Assembly: GCA_013265495.1 (NCBI GenBank)
Contig: MU057560.1
Location: 632,753-696,752 of the forward strand
Length of the DNA stretch: 64,000 nucleotides
Source of the DNA: Vicugna vicugna
Taxonomy: Eukaryota
Direction: 5' to 3'
Both the position numbers and the translations under genes were made by a program. Positions 63,610 through 64,000 of this stretch are shown piece by piece. Within the stretch, counting starts at the first letter, position 1; each line of letters begins with the position of its first letter. The notes beneath the pieces were generated by a model. The model was not told the origin of the DNA. It worked only from the letters and a program-made list of their open reading frames with translations, and ran no database searches.

Positions 63610-63900
63610 GAATCTTTTATTCATTTATTCATACACGACGCAGGCATCACTCGCATCCATTTACATCAACGGAGCCAGGTCTGTGCGGGGTGCAGGAAGG
63701 ACGCTGTGAACAGGAGAGGTGCAGGTCGGCTCCCCCGGGCTCATCCTTTGCCCAAGAGGATGGCAGCTGGACGAGCCGTGCACCCTGGTGCGATACAGGA
63801 ACCTGCAAAACCAAGTGCAGGTGCGACAGGAAGTCAAAAGCAGAGCGGCCGCCAAGTGCGGGGAGGGGCAGCCTGGAGTGTTTCTGCCCAGACAGCGTGA
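63610..63900 (-). mobile_element. L2 3' fragment
   Basis: ttattcatttattcat...gagccaggtctgtgcgggg...gctgtgaacagga. Confidence 0.55.
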
Positions 63901-64000
63901 GACGTGGAGGACGAGCGTGTGTGAGGTGTCAGCCAGTCTGCAGACAAAGGGAAATAGCAAAGTATCATCTTCAGCTGTTGAGTAACTGAAAAGGTCCGCC

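Overview
Mammalian non-coding genomic DNA, very likely camelid (alpaca/llama/camel), judged from three copies of a tRNA-derived SINE with the camelid-type structure and from young L1 3' ends. I find no supportable protein-coding gene, RNA gene, CRISPR array or prokaryote-type system; the supplied ORFs look like chance products of GC-rich or repeat sequence. The window is a mosaic of L1, L2, MIR, MaLR/ERV LTRs, DNA-transposon relics and microsatellites, with several CpG-rich patches. The most notable pattern is that these CpG-rich patches often sit on ancient, normally AT-rich repeats that appear rewritten A/T->G/C, suggesting focal GC-biased gene conversion. Other points of interest are a solo LTR with six mostly 24-bp-spaced CCAAT boxes, two octamers and a TATA box, placed back-to-back with a second LTR, and a composite Tigger+L1 insertion flanked by a 9-bp direct repeat. 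Repeat family names come from recalled consensus sequences, not a database search, and the boundaries of old repeats are approximate.
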